From the NCBI GenBank assembly GCA_017397565.1, contig JAFQIL010000027.1, forward strand, positions 3,481 to 67,480: a DNA stretch of 64,000 bases, read 5' to 3'. The translations under genes were made by a program, and so were the position numbers. This stretch comes from Oscillospiraceae bacterium (GTDB lineage: Bacteria; Bacillota; Clostridia; Oscillospirales; Oscillospiraceae). The notes under the pieces were generated by a model that saw only the letters and a program-made list of their open reading frames with translations, had not been told where the DNA came from and searched no databases. This document shows positions 19,717-29,073 of this stretch, piece after piece (the first letter of the stretch is position 1; each line of letters opens with the position of its first letter).

Positions 19717-21979
19717 TCACTTGTTTTTGCGAGCCTCACGCTTTGTTTTGCGCCCATAGCACGGTTCTGTGCGAGTGTTCTCTCCACAGACCTTGAAATA
19801 GATGCAGCCTCTGCACGGATACTTAGCCATGGTCAGCACCTTCTTCCACCACTCCGAACAGTCTCATTTCGGCTCTTGTGCTTTCAGCAACATCATTTTT
19901 GCTACTGTTTCAATACTTGCACCAACGCTTTCTAACATTTCGCAAAATGCCGTTGCATAAGAAAAAGAGTTGACTTTTTCGTTTTCCTCAAATTCGGTAT
20001 AAAGTTTCATAATCATTCTCCTTCCGCAGGCTGTTTGAGCCATTTGCACCAGCAAGCATCACAAGCGTCCCATCCATATTCGTCTTTGGCGCAGTCCCAA
20101 TCCATTTTTGGAGGACATCCATCAGCAACAGCGCTTGTAAATATCTTTGCAATTTCCTCATCACTCATAGCCCGGATGCGGTCTGCGTTGGTCTGTGGCT
20201 TGGTATTGTATAAACGGCATTTAATCCGACTTCTTTGCACTATCCAATATGGATGCTCTGGGTCGTGCACGACATCTTCTCCGTATGGATTCTGCAAGCA
20301 CTCGCCTTGTGTCGTTCCTCCTATTGCCTTAAAGTAGCAACACGAACCGCACTTGTTCGTAAGGTCAATTTTTGGAAGCATAATCATTCTCCCTCTCTCC
20401 TTTCTCATTTCACAGGATGAAATTCTTTGACGAGCTCCTTTTCTTCTGGATAAAGCAGCTTGTCCTTGATAGCCATGAAGTATGCCTGTTGCCACGGAAT
20501 CTCTATTCCGTATATTGCACGAATCGTATTGTATATAAAGTCTGCTTCTTTCGCTCTCCGAATGTGCCGTGCGTATGCTACTTCATCCATCCTCATTCCC
20601 TCCGTCCATCTTTGCCCCGCAGTTGGGGCAGTAATCGCTGGCGGTTATACTGACCTTCTTGCAAGCGGTGCAACAATAACTCCCAATAAATCCGTTTGGT
20701 TGTATTGCCCATGGTTCCCACCGCCCATGCACCACAACAACAGAATCTTCTTTGGCTTTTTGCAAATAGTGGTGCATCATCTGTTCCACACGGAATGTTG
20801 GAATCAACCTCGCACCGTTTGTGTAAAATTCCTTGTGGTCTCTAAATGAATAATCCTCAAGGAATACCGCCCAATCTTTGGGAAAATTCATACAATCACC
20901 CATTGTCAGTTCTCCTTTCTCTTTCTCCATGTGACCAACGGATTGCAGTTTAGAACGCAGCGCATAAAGTTGGTAAAACTCTTACCCTCGATTCTTTCTA
21001 TTGGATAACCATATTTGTCCCTTAATTTCATTCTCCATCTCTCCTTTCTCCGTAGGAACAGAAATCGTCAGGATTGACAATTCCAACCATTTTCTTGTTG
21101 CAAACACCATCGCACAAGCCTTTGAAACCTAAGTGCTTGCAATCCTTGCACCGCACCACTGGAACAGCATCAATTTTCAACGCGTTGACAATGTCATCAG
21201 CATCAGCTACCCAATTTCTTGTCACACATCCACCACCCCACGGCTTCGGTCCGGCTATTCGTTTGTCATTGATAGTTAGGCAATTACCCTCGCAACCTCT
21301 GATTTCTTCTATTACCACAGTTTTGCCATTCATTGTCATTTCCCTACCTTCCCATTCCTGTCGCAATTGTGCCACTTTTCGCCATCAAAGCAACGATAAA
21401 GTCCGCTCGTTCCAGTTGGATATGGATAACCAATAATGGGTGGGTCATATTTCTTAAACATCCTCATTCCCTCCGTCCATCTTTGCACCGCAGAACGGAC
21501 AATGCGTGAACCGTTCTTTCCACCGCTTAACAACCTCTCTGCTGTCATCCTTGAACACATTCTCGCACACAGAGCAATCTATTCCGTGTTTAATAATTCT
21601 GCCCACGTGGTCAACAGTATGGCTGTCGATCCAGTATCCATGCACCACTTCCACGGCATCCACGGTAGGCTGTTTTTCAATAATTGTCAGAATCTCATGC
21701 TGCCGTTGTGCAATCCGTGTAAACCAATCAGGATCATAAGGCGCGGTTCTTGCCACCTCGCTTATAGTTCCTTGAATGTCGGTAATCAGTTTTTTGACAT
21801 CAATCAGTAGCTTTTCATTTGCCATCTTCCAGCATCTCCTTTATAGTTTCGTCAATCATCTGCACAGCATCAGCCAAGGCTTTTCCGGCACTATCCGTCA
21901 ACCCATAGGAAACACCCTCGATAATGCCCAATCCTCGTTGGATGGTGCAGATTTGGCTGATTAGCTTTTCATTTGCCAT
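19717..21979 (-). other. Cluster of small accessory phage ORFs (nin-like region), many Cys-rich
   Basis: Tightly packed or overlapping ORFs: 19717-19830, 19864-20010, 20013-~20381, 20405-20596, 20583-20903, 21028-21339, 21336-21461, 21454-21825, 21815-21979; CPNCGAKMD, CPFCGAKMD and RCKDCKH motifs. Confidence 0.7.
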
Positions 21980-22169
21980 CTTCTGCCCTCCTGTTCCATG
22001 CTTTGATTGCCGCTTTTTCCGTAGGATAATTGCGGTATGTTCTGCCAAGACATTTTGTGTCTTTACATCTTGGGAAAAAGCCTTCAGGTTTCCAGTGGTT
22101 ATAGCAACTGCGTTTGTGGCCGATTTCTGCTTCTCCACCGCAAAACGGACAAGACTTTAATTCAGCCAT
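21969..22169 (-). CDS. Lar-like restriction alleviation protein
   Basis: LKSCPFCGGEA ... AAIKAWNRR signature. Confidence 0.7.
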   Translation of the reverse strand: MAELKSCPFCGGEAEIGHKRSCYNHWKPEGFFPRCKDTKCLGRTYRNYPTEKAAIKAWNRRAEDGK

Positions 22170-22974
22170 CTTTCAATTCCTCCTCAAACATATTTTTCTG
22201 CCGCGGCATATCGAAATTGCACCACAGAACCTCTGTCCGCTGATCCGCGTTCTGATTGTAGGATTTTCGGGTGATCCTGCCCCACCCTTTCAGTTCATGG
22301 TCGTACATCTCATGTGGGTACCCGGAAAGAATCACTGGGCCTTTGTGCTGCAGGAGTGCTGCCAGCAGATCAATGTGATCCTGCTCAGTCATTTCGTACC
22401 GGTACTGCTTGCCGCCTCTCGTGTCCAGCAGATACGGTGGGTCTGCATAGATCAGAACATTGTCAAAGTTAAAGCGCCGAATAAGATCCAGTGCCGGCCG
22501 GTTTTCAATTTGTACCTCTTTCAGCCGCCCACACAGTTGCTGTACCAGTTCCGGCATCTTCGCCCAGTACCTTGCTGCATAACTACCTTGGCGTCCTGCA
22601 ATATCGATTTTGAAACCGGTCTGAGTATAGGTCTTGAAACCGTATCCCATCTTGGATCTGATAGCAAAGCGGTAGGCTCTGTCCAGAGGATCTGCGCCCC
22701 GGTTTTTGTGCGCATCATCGAATACATCACGGGCATAGGGTGTCAGGTCTATAAGTCTGGACAGTTCTTCCGGTTGCTCCCGGAGGACAGTGAAGAAGTT
22801 CACGATGTCGCCGTCTATGTCGTTAATGGTTTCGATTGCAGAAGGCGGCTTGTTGAACAGCACCGCACCGCTGCCGAAGAACGGCTCCAGGTACGACCGG
22901 TGCGGAGGCATCAAGGAAACAATCTCTTCTGCCATGCCCCACTTTGCACCGGGGTAGTTAAGTAATGCGTTCAT
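22162..22974 (-). CDS. DNA adenine methyltransferase (D12 class)
   Basis: YPGAKW, EPFFGSGAV, NDID and DPPY motifs. Confidence 0.92.
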   Translation of the reverse strand: MNALLNYPGAKWGMAEEIVSLMPPHRSYLEPFFGSGAVLFNKPPSAIETINDIDGDIVNFFTVLREQPEELSRLIDLTPYARDVFDDAHKNRGADPLDRAYRFAIRSKMGYGFKTYTQTGFKIDIAGRQGSYAARYWAKMPELVQQLCGRLKEVQIENRPALDLIRRFNFDNVLIYADPPYLLDTRGGKQYRYEMTEQDHIDLLAALLQHKGPVILSGYPHEMYDHELKGWGRITRKSYNQNADQRTEVLWCNFDMPRQKNMFEEELKDG

Positions 22975-24016
22975 CGTATTCTCCTCTCAAACAGTGATAT
23001 CTGTTCCCCTGCGTCTGCAACAAACTTTGGCGGATCGTCCAGCATCCTCCACCGGAAAGTCCTATCTGACGGGACCTTCCGTTCCACTTCCATCTGAAAG
23101 CGCCGGTCAAAGTCATGAACCGTGTGGCCGTCTGCCTTAAAGGTCACCGGACTGTCTGTGTCCCATTTCAGAAGTAAGGCCCAGTGATCCGGGTAATTAC
23201 GCCAAAGGTTGCGTAAGGAATCCACGCCCTGGTTGTGGCAGAACCAGCAACCATCTCTGCAAGATATCTCGTAGGAAGGTCCCAGGCACCGCCCATATTG
23301 GCAGTACAGGCCACACAGATCCTCTTCAATGCCGAACTCCACCAAGGGAGCCCGTTTCCATTCGTTCAGTTGCCCGAACCTATCAGGCTCGTCAGCAGCA
23401 ATACCCAAATACTCCACGATATTTCTTTTCCCGCGCCTCGTGGGGCGCTCGGCGGAGAGGGGGGTGTTCTGACCTTGTCGATTTTGAGTTTCCGGCACCA
23501 TGGGGATATCTGACATGGGAATCCTTGTATCCGGTACCCATGTATGCTTGAGCTTCTGGCAATAGTTGTATCCGGTGTTGGGAGGGAATCCTGTAATCGT
23601 TCCCTGCACTCTGTGGCTTGGCATTCCGCTTGAGTCCGGCTTGACACCACGGATTCCACAAGTCCGGGAAGCCGAGGATCGATCCGGGCTTGAGCCCGTC
23701 TCTCTCTCTCTCTCTCTACTTGAACAGATTGTGAACGGCGTACCGGCACATGATAAAACATCTGCTCATAGGTCTTTTTGCTGCCGTCCTTGTTCCGGGC
23801 ACACAGATGTTCTACATCTATCCGGTACAGATTCCAGATCCGCTCGTCCATCCGAGCTTTGAATTCCTCCATAGGCGGCAGATTGGCGGATACGGTATCC
23901 GTTGCCCACACATCGGTGGTGGTTATCCTATCCAACGGTAAATTCCTGGTGAAGATCACATCCAGCATTTTCAGACTGTCCTTGCCGTAGGATATTCGGG
24001 CTATGTATTCAGGCAT
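22971..24016 (-). CDS. PAPS-reductase-like (PP-loop) protein split by a frameshift, with three alternative central cassettes
   Basis: N-half has SYGKDS (frame of ORF 23366..24022); C-half has YLGIAADEPDR and GCWFC (frame of ORF 22971..23624). The span is 1046 nt, so it needs -2 or +1 nt to be in frame. Confidence 0.8.
23699..23717 (-). repeat. (AG)9A dinucleotide tract, candidate phase-variation site
   Basis: TCTCTCTCTCTCTCTCTCT on the + strand, inside the PAPS-reductase-like gene. Confidence 0.9.
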
Positions 24017-24025
24017 GCCCACACC

Positions 24026-25831
24026 TCACACTGCCACGGCGTTATGGAACTGCGCCATAGTGTCCAGCTTGCCGACGCCCCACTCCGGGAAGTTCGCCCG
24101 GACCATAGCTTCCGCCAATGGTGGGCAGACCGCGTTGCCGCACCGAGCTACCTGCTTGTTCTTGCCGTAGGCGTTACCCATGTAGTCCTTTTCAATCTGA
24201 TAGTCCACCGGGAATCCCATTGCGTTATAAAGCTCTCTGGGTGTCAGCATCCGCAGAGTGATATCCGCAATGAAATAAGCAATGCCCCGGATGATCAGCA
24301 GGATAATCTCATCTTCCTTCAGATCATAGCCGCAATACTTGTTCAGAAGTTCCCGGATCTGCGGCCACCGGCCAAGATCACGCCCCTGCTCCACCTTTGC
24401 AAGAACTGCTCTGCATTCGGCATATTCCAGGCCCTGGGCGGTGATGGTGTTTAACGTGTCAGTGGGGTGTTGCCCCAGCTCCTGCCCCTTGAACTTCACC
24501 ACATGGGCAGAGCACAAACCATGCCGCGGCAAAGCGGTAACTGTAGACAGTGGGTCGCCAACTCTGTCGCCGCAGCCCTTATATTCGCCATTAAAATACT
24601 TGTCGATGTGAGCACAGACCACCGCCTCCCTGTCGTGTGCCGTCACAGTATGCAAAGGCTGCACCGCATCCAGAGGATTGCCGTTGCCGTAATATTCCAC
24701 CAGCTGTGCGCTTGCTAAGCCGTAGCGGTTGGCTGCATCCACCGTCTGGATGGGATCTCTAACTGATTGCCCACGCACCTTCTCTGTCTGCTCTGTGTGG
24801 TATTGGATCAGATTGGCAGCAGACAACACCTGCCCGCCGGCAGAACGTATTGTATGTACTGGCTCATTTGCCGCAGATCCAACACTTCCACCTGTGTTGC
24901 TGAAAGTGAACGGCGCCATAATCGGCCGTGCCACCTCATGTGACCCTACCGCTGTTACCGTAGTCAATGGTCTATCAACACTCTGTGCAGCGTTGGCAAA
25001 TTTTTGCTGAACAATGAAAGGCTTTCCGCTCTTGATGGTAAACTTGTCCACACCGCGGATTACCCGGCGCAGGGTGTTGTCTGCCAAAGGCCGGATTGCG
25101 TTGACGCCGTACCGCTCCTTGATTTCCTGCTTGCTGTCGAAGATAGAATAGTTGGGCAGTGTCCAGTCGATGATTTCCGCAGCAGAACGCCACGGTTTCA
25201 ATTGTCCGGTCTTGACTTCCTCACTGTCTCGGGGTGCATGTGTCCGCTCCGGCCAGACAATCGGCTTACCATCGCAACGGGCAATTAGTGCAAACCGTTT
25301 CCGGGTGGTAGGCGCACCATAGTCAGCTGCTATCAGTTCCCGGTACTCCACCACATAGCCCAGCTCCTCAAGCTGTTTGATAAACTGCTTGAAGGTCTTC
25401 CCGGAATGTTTCTTCACGGGTTTGCCCTTGCGGACAGGCCCCCAAGTTTGAAACTCCTCTACATTCTCCAACATGATCACTCGGGGACGGACGGTACCCG
25501 CCCACCGCAACACGATCCAAGCAAGGCCCCGAATCTTCCGGTCCCGGAGCGCCGCGCCCTTTGCCTTGGAGAAATGTTTGCAATCCGGAGAGAACCATGC
25601 AAGGCCTACCGGACGGCCCTTGCAAACCTCCACAGGGTCTACATCCCAGACGGATGCTTGCAGGTGCTCTGTGTACGGGTGATTCGTCTTGTGGAGTAGG
25701 ATTGCGTCCGGGTCATGGTTGATAGCAATCGCTACCGGTCTTCCTGCCGCCAACTCAATTCCCGTGGAAGCTCCGCCACCGCCGGCAAAGTTGTCCACAA
25801 TGATCTCGTCAAAAATATCTATTTGGCTCAC
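24026..25831 (-). CDS. DNA cytosine-5 methyltransferase with repeated variable region
   Basis: FAGGGG (motif I), SPDC (IV), ENVEEF (VI), RKR (VIII), GNAVCPP (X); GTG start at 25831 with GGAGG. Confidence 0.92.
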   Translation of the reverse strand: MSQIDIFDEIIVDNFAGGGGASTGIELAAGRPVAIAINHDPDAILLHKTNHPYTEHLQASVWDVDPVEVCKGRPVGLAWFSPDCKHFSKAKGAALRDRKIRGLAWIVLRWAGTVRPRVIMLENVEEFQTWGPVRKGKPVKKHSGKTFKQFIKQLEELGYVVEYRELIAADYGAPTTRKRFALIARCDGKPIVWPERTHAPRDSEEVKTGQLKPWRSAAEIIDWTLPNYSIFDSKQEIKERYGVNAIRPLADNTLRRVIRGVDKFTIKSGKPFIVQQKFANAAQSVDRPLTTVTAVGSHEVARPIMAPFTFSNTGGSVGSAANEPVHTIRSAGGQVLSAANLIQYHTEQTEKVRGQSVRDPIQTVDAANRYGLASAQLVEYYGNGNPLDAVQPLHTVTAHDREAVVCAHIDKYFNGEYKGCGDRVGDPLSTVTALPRHGLCSAHVVKFKGQELGQHPTDTLNTITAQGLEYAECRAVLAKVEQGRDLGRWPQIRELLNKYCGYDLKEDEIILLIIRGIAYFIADITLRMLTPRELYNAMGFPVDYQIEKDYMGNAYGKNKQVARCGNAVCPPLAEAMVRANFPEWGVGKLDTMAQFHNAVAV

Positions 25832-26136
25832 AACCCTAACCTCCTCTTTATGTACGCCATCCGCATATCCCACCACTTCCAGTAGTTGCCGCAGGGGATG
25901 TTGCACAGATGCTCCGCCTTGCAGTCCACGCAAGGACCTCTCTGCAGAAACTCCCGCACATCGTCAGGGTGACTGTACTGGAAGAACTTTCTGTTTTTCT
26001 CCGGTCTTACCAGTCTTCTGGCCATGGCGTTGATCTGCTTCTGCCGGTACCGATACCGGATCTTCCAATCTTCACATCCTTGTCCACCTGTGCAGACCTT
26101 CTCGCATTTATCACACGGACTCGGATACTTGTCCAT
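25828..26136 (-). CDS. Cys-rich hypothetical phage protein
   Basis: MDKYPSPCDKC..., two PCxxC...C repeats. Confidence 0.55.
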   Translation of the reverse strand: MDKYPSPCDKCEKVCTGGQGCEDWKIRYRYRQKQINAMARRLVRPEKNRKFFQYSHPDDVREFLQRGPCVDCKAEHLCNIPCGNYWKWWDMRMAYIKRRLGL

Positions 26137-26362
26137 CTTTGACCTCCTCTTCAAAACGCTCCGCGAGCATCTTTGCGATCCGACAGTCACCGTATTCGTA
26201 AGACTCACAATATTGCTTCCGATAATCTTCCAAACTGGCAGGGTCCGCAAAGCCAAGGTGCAATCTTGTGCACTCCTTGATGCCCTCGCAGAATATCTCC
26301 TGCCGCTGATTTGCCCGGTAAAATGGGCAAATCGCTTTCTTGCTGGGGCTATGTTTTGGCAT
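26111..26362 (-). CDS. Cys-rich hypothetical phage protein
   Basis: MPKHSPSKKAICPFY...IFCEG...YC...C, with GGAGG RBS. Confidence 0.55.
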   Translation of the reverse strand: MPKHSPSKKAICPFYRANQRQEIFCEGIKECTRLHLGFADPASLEDYRKQYCESYEYGDCRIAKMLAERFEEEVKDGQVSESV

Positions 26363-26363
26363 A

Positions 26364-26507
26364 TCAAACCTCCTGTCCAAATAACTCTCTCTCCCTGGCC
26401 TCCTCATAAGCCAGGTCTTCATCAAAGTCTTCCTCCTCGTCCCGGTCCCGGTACCGGTACGGATAGCCCGTCTCCTCAATCCGGGTAATAGCAGGGTGCT
26501 GGATCAT
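26364..26507 (-). CDS. Small acidic protein (47 aa, not in the ORF track)
   Basis: MIQHPAITRIEETGYP...; its ATG overlaps the stop of the replication gene. Confidence 0.45.
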   Translation of the reverse strand: MIQHPAITRIEETGYPYRYRDRDEEEDFDEDLAYEEARERELFGQEV

Positions 26508-27145
26508 TCTGCCATCAACCTCCTAACCGCTGCGATCTCCTTCGCATCAGGCTTTCTGACCTTTGGACTCGGCGCCTGATATCCTTCGTCCTCCCACCTT
26601 TTCCCATTGAGCCATGTGGCAGGGTGTGGGATAAACTCCCCGTTATCTTTAGTCCACTGAGGAGACCTAACCTGTTTGTCCAATGCGTCCAGCAACACCT
26701 GCAGTGGGACATCCACTTTCGCAAAGGCTGCCAAGGCTTTCTCCTTCCCCACCTTCCGGGGGTAAACTGCCCAAAAACGGTCAAATTCCTCGCGCGTTAG
26801 ACATTTGTCCTTATTCTTTTTCTTATTCTTGTCCTTGTTCTTATTCTTGCTTTCGATTTCCTCTTGCTTGCCGTTTGCTTCGGTTTGCTTAAGGTTTGCT
26901 TCGGTTTGCTTGCCGTTTGCACGACCTCCGAGGCTGCCGTTTTCCGCCTTTCTTCGGCTGGCATCCAGAGTCGGCTTGATGATCTCAAAGGCAATAGCTG
27001 CCGCGTCAGGAAGATCTTCCGGTTCTTCTCCGGTAATGGCATACCGGCAAACGGCATCATAGGCAGCGCACCGGGCGTTTTTGTTTTTGATCCGGGAAAT
27101 AGACCGGAAAAAGCTCGCGTAAAAGGTAAACTGATTTCTCTCCAC
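26504..27145 (-). CDS. Phage replication initiator / replisome organiser
   Basis: N-terminal FTFYASF domain, central repeats, C-terminal FDRFWAVYPRKVGK and PHPATWLNGKRWEDE motifs. Confidence 0.85.
   Translation of the reverse strand: MERNQFTFYASFFRSISRIKNKNARCAAYDAVCRYAITGEEPEDLPDAAAIAFEIIKPTLDASRRKAENGSLGGRANGKQTEANLKQTEANGKQEEIESKNKNKDKNKKKNKDKCLTREEFDRFWAVYPRKVGKEKALAAFAKVDVPLQVLLDALDKQVRSPQWTKDNGEFIPHPATWLNGKRWEDEGYQAPSPKVRKPDAKEIAAVRRLMAE
26864..26920. repeat. Iteron-like direct repeats (probable phage origin)
   Basis: Five GTTTGC(TT) units spaced 10-11 bp apart inside the initiator gene, next to an A/T-skewed tract. Confidence 0.7.
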
Positions 27146-27559
27146 TTACTCACAACCCTTCATTTCAATCACCAGCTTAGGTTCTAAGCCGTAGATCTTT
27201 CTGGCGCAGACAGCAACCACCCGGGAATCATCCTTGTAGGCGACTCCGTTCAGCGCATCCAGCACCACCTTAAGTACGTTATCGATGTCCGGCTTCCGGG
27301 ACGGAAGAATCCTACCTGCCTGCATCCCAGCCACAGCAGCCTTGCTTGCCCCTTTCTGGATTGGATAGACCGCTGTAACCTCCACAGCAACAAAGCCGGT
27401 ATCAGGCCACCGGAAGGCCTTTAACGCCTTCCGGTAATACGCCACGATCTTATCTTCATAGGCCCTTGTCTCACTGTCCGTATACGGACGTCCATCCCGG
27501 GTGAACCGGGGGCGGCCTTTACCCCTGGGCTCACCCGGAACCTCAAATGCTACGCCCAT
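27146..27559 (-). CDS. rusA: RusA-family Holliday junction resolvase
   Basis: PRGKGRPRF and KPDIDNVLKVVLDALNGVAYKDDSRV motifs. Confidence 0.9.
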   Translation of the reverse strand: MGVAFEVPGEPRGKGRPRFTRDGRPYTDSETRAYEDKIVAYYRKALKAFRWPDTGFVAVEVTAVYPIQKGASKAAVAGMQAGRILPSRKPDIDNVLKVVLDALNGVAYKDDSRVVAVCARKIYGLEPKLVIEMKGCE

Positions 27560-27560
27560 G

Positions 27561-27992
27561 TCAGAAAGGCAGCCGGGGATCGTCCCCGTCCATAGGCGCG
27601 TATGCCTGAGGCGCTTGATAGCTCTGATGTCTGTTGTGGCTCGGTGCAGAATAGCTACCCTGGGCACCGCTGTCCTCTTTCTTACTGTCGGCAAAGTAGG
27701 CGTTCTCCACGATCACCTCTGCGCTGATGCGCTTGTTGCCGTCCTTGTCGGTCCACTCCCGCATTTCCAGTCTGCCGTCGGCAACCATCATCCGCCCCTT
27801 GGCGAAATACTTGGACACGAACTCGCCGGTCTGCCGCCACGCCACGCAGTTGATAAAGTCGGCCTTCTTCTCTTCCTTGGAATAATCCCGGTCTACAGCC
27901 AGCGTAAAGCTTGCTACGGCAGTACCGCTTCCGGTGCGGCGCAGCTCCGGGTCTTTGGTCAGTCTTCCCATGATCGTAATGTGATTCAGCAT
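27561..27992 (-). CDS. ssb: Single-stranded DNA-binding protein
   Basis: MLNHITIMGRLTKDPELR, DFINCVAW, acidic LPF tail. Confidence 0.95.
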   Translation of the reverse strand: MLNHITIMGRLTKDPELRRTGSGTAVASFTLAVDRDYSKEEKKADFINCVAWRQTGEFVSKYFAKGRMMVADGRLEMREWTDKDGNKRISAEVIVENAYFADSKKEDSGAQGSYSAPSHNRHQSYQAPQAYAPMDGDDPRLPF

Positions 27993-28213
27993 TTCTTATC
28001 CTCCAAACTGTAAACTCCGTAACGGACTCTGTTTCCGTTCTTGTTTATGTATTCTTTGTATTCCGTCTTGATGGGAATACCCTTGCTCCGCAGATCATGG
28101 ATTCTTGCGGATAGTCTCTCGCACTCACATAGCCGCCTTGCGATCTTCGCCGTAATGGGGCCTTTATCTTTGAGCCAGAACAGGATCATCTTGCATTGGG
28201 TATCTTTATCCAT
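27986..28213 (-). CDS. Winged helix-turn-helix protein
   Basis: GPIT...RLSARIHDLR.KG motif. Confidence 0.65.
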   Translation of the reverse strand: MDKDTQCKMILFWLKDKGPITAKIARRLCECERLSARIHDLRSKGIPIKTEYKEYINKNGNRVRYGVYSLEDKKC

Positions 28214-28547
28214 AAACGCCTCCTTTTCTGTAGTAGAGCATTTCTTCATTCCAATCGGGGTAATGGTCCTTCAGATACTCCCGGAACCATCCCCTAAGCT
28301 TATCCCGATCAGTTGTCTGATCGTATCGCCTGTGGCACACAGGGCACAGCGTTAACCCATTCTCTGCGATCCCTAAGCCGCCCTGCGCCCGGGAGATAAA
28401 ATGGGCATTTGACCATACCGGTGACTCGTCAGACGGTGCCGCTGCGCCGCAGTTGACGCAGCAGGGCCACCCGTCAATACTGTCCCGTTTCATAATTGCA
28501 ATCTTTGTTTTGCGATCAAAATCTCTTGCCTTTGTATCCTTACGCAT
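28206..28547 (-). CDS. HNH/NinG-like nuclease
   Basis: CVNCG...AHFISRAQGGLG..ENGLTLCPVCH. Confidence 0.75.
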   Translation of the reverse strand: MRKDTKARDFDRKTKIAIMKRDSIDGWPCCVNCGAAAPSDESPVWSNAHFISRAQGGLGIAENGLTLCPVCHRRYDQTTDRDKLRGWFREYLKDHYPDWNEEMLYYRKGGVYG

Positions 28548-29073
28548 GCCATCCCTCCGTCAGTAGGGACAACTGCTCCGGCGTTAGAGTCTCTATGCCC
28601 AACGCTTTGCAATCCTGTACAAGGTTGTCGATCAGCTGTCCCATCTGCCGGGTATCGTACGTAGAGGAGCCGTAATACGCCTGCAGGTTTCGGTAGCCGG
28701 TGATCTTGGATTTTCCAAGGTCGTAGCACGGCCACCCTAGCCCCTTCGCTTCCCATGTCTCCTTAAACTTCTGAACCGCATCTTCCCGGACCGGAAGGAT
28801 CTCAAAATTGCCGCCGATGTTCACAATCGCTTGCCGGTAAACCTCCTTGGGTGTGATCCGCATGGCATCTGCCAGCTTGCCGATCAGCACCCAGGCATAG
28901 GCATTGGCATCCAGGCTTCGCTTCTTCCGGTGCTCCTTGATGGTGAGGTCGTAGTAGATATCCCGGCGGGTTCTCAGCCAGTTCATCACGCTGCCCCGTG
29001 AATTAACGGGAATATCAATGATCAGCTGCCCCGCCTCCAGCCGGGCAGCCTTAAAAGTAATCGTGTCAGACAT
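28540..29073 (-). CDS. NinB-like protein
   Basis: KKRSLDANAYAWVLIGKLA and GSSTYDT..M..LID motifs. Confidence 0.7.
   Translation of the reverse strand: MSDTITFKAARLEAGQLIIDIPVNSRGSVMNWLRTRRDIYYDLTIKEHRKKRSLDANAYAWVLIGKLADAMRITPKEVYRQAIVNIGGNFEILPVREDAVQKFKETWEAKGLGWPCYDLGKSKITGYRNLQAYYGSSTYDTRQMGQLIDNLVQDCKALGIETLTPEQLSLLTEGWHA

Noticed and set aside
22971-24016. Simple pseudogene or sequencing error at the AG tract
   Set aside because: Cannot be excluded without reads, but it does not explain three motif copies in three open frames or the second slippery site.
26800-26920. Short repeats as a CRISPR array
   Set aside because: Units are 6-11 bp with no spacers and lie inside the replication gene; no cas genes or CRISPR array seen in the window.
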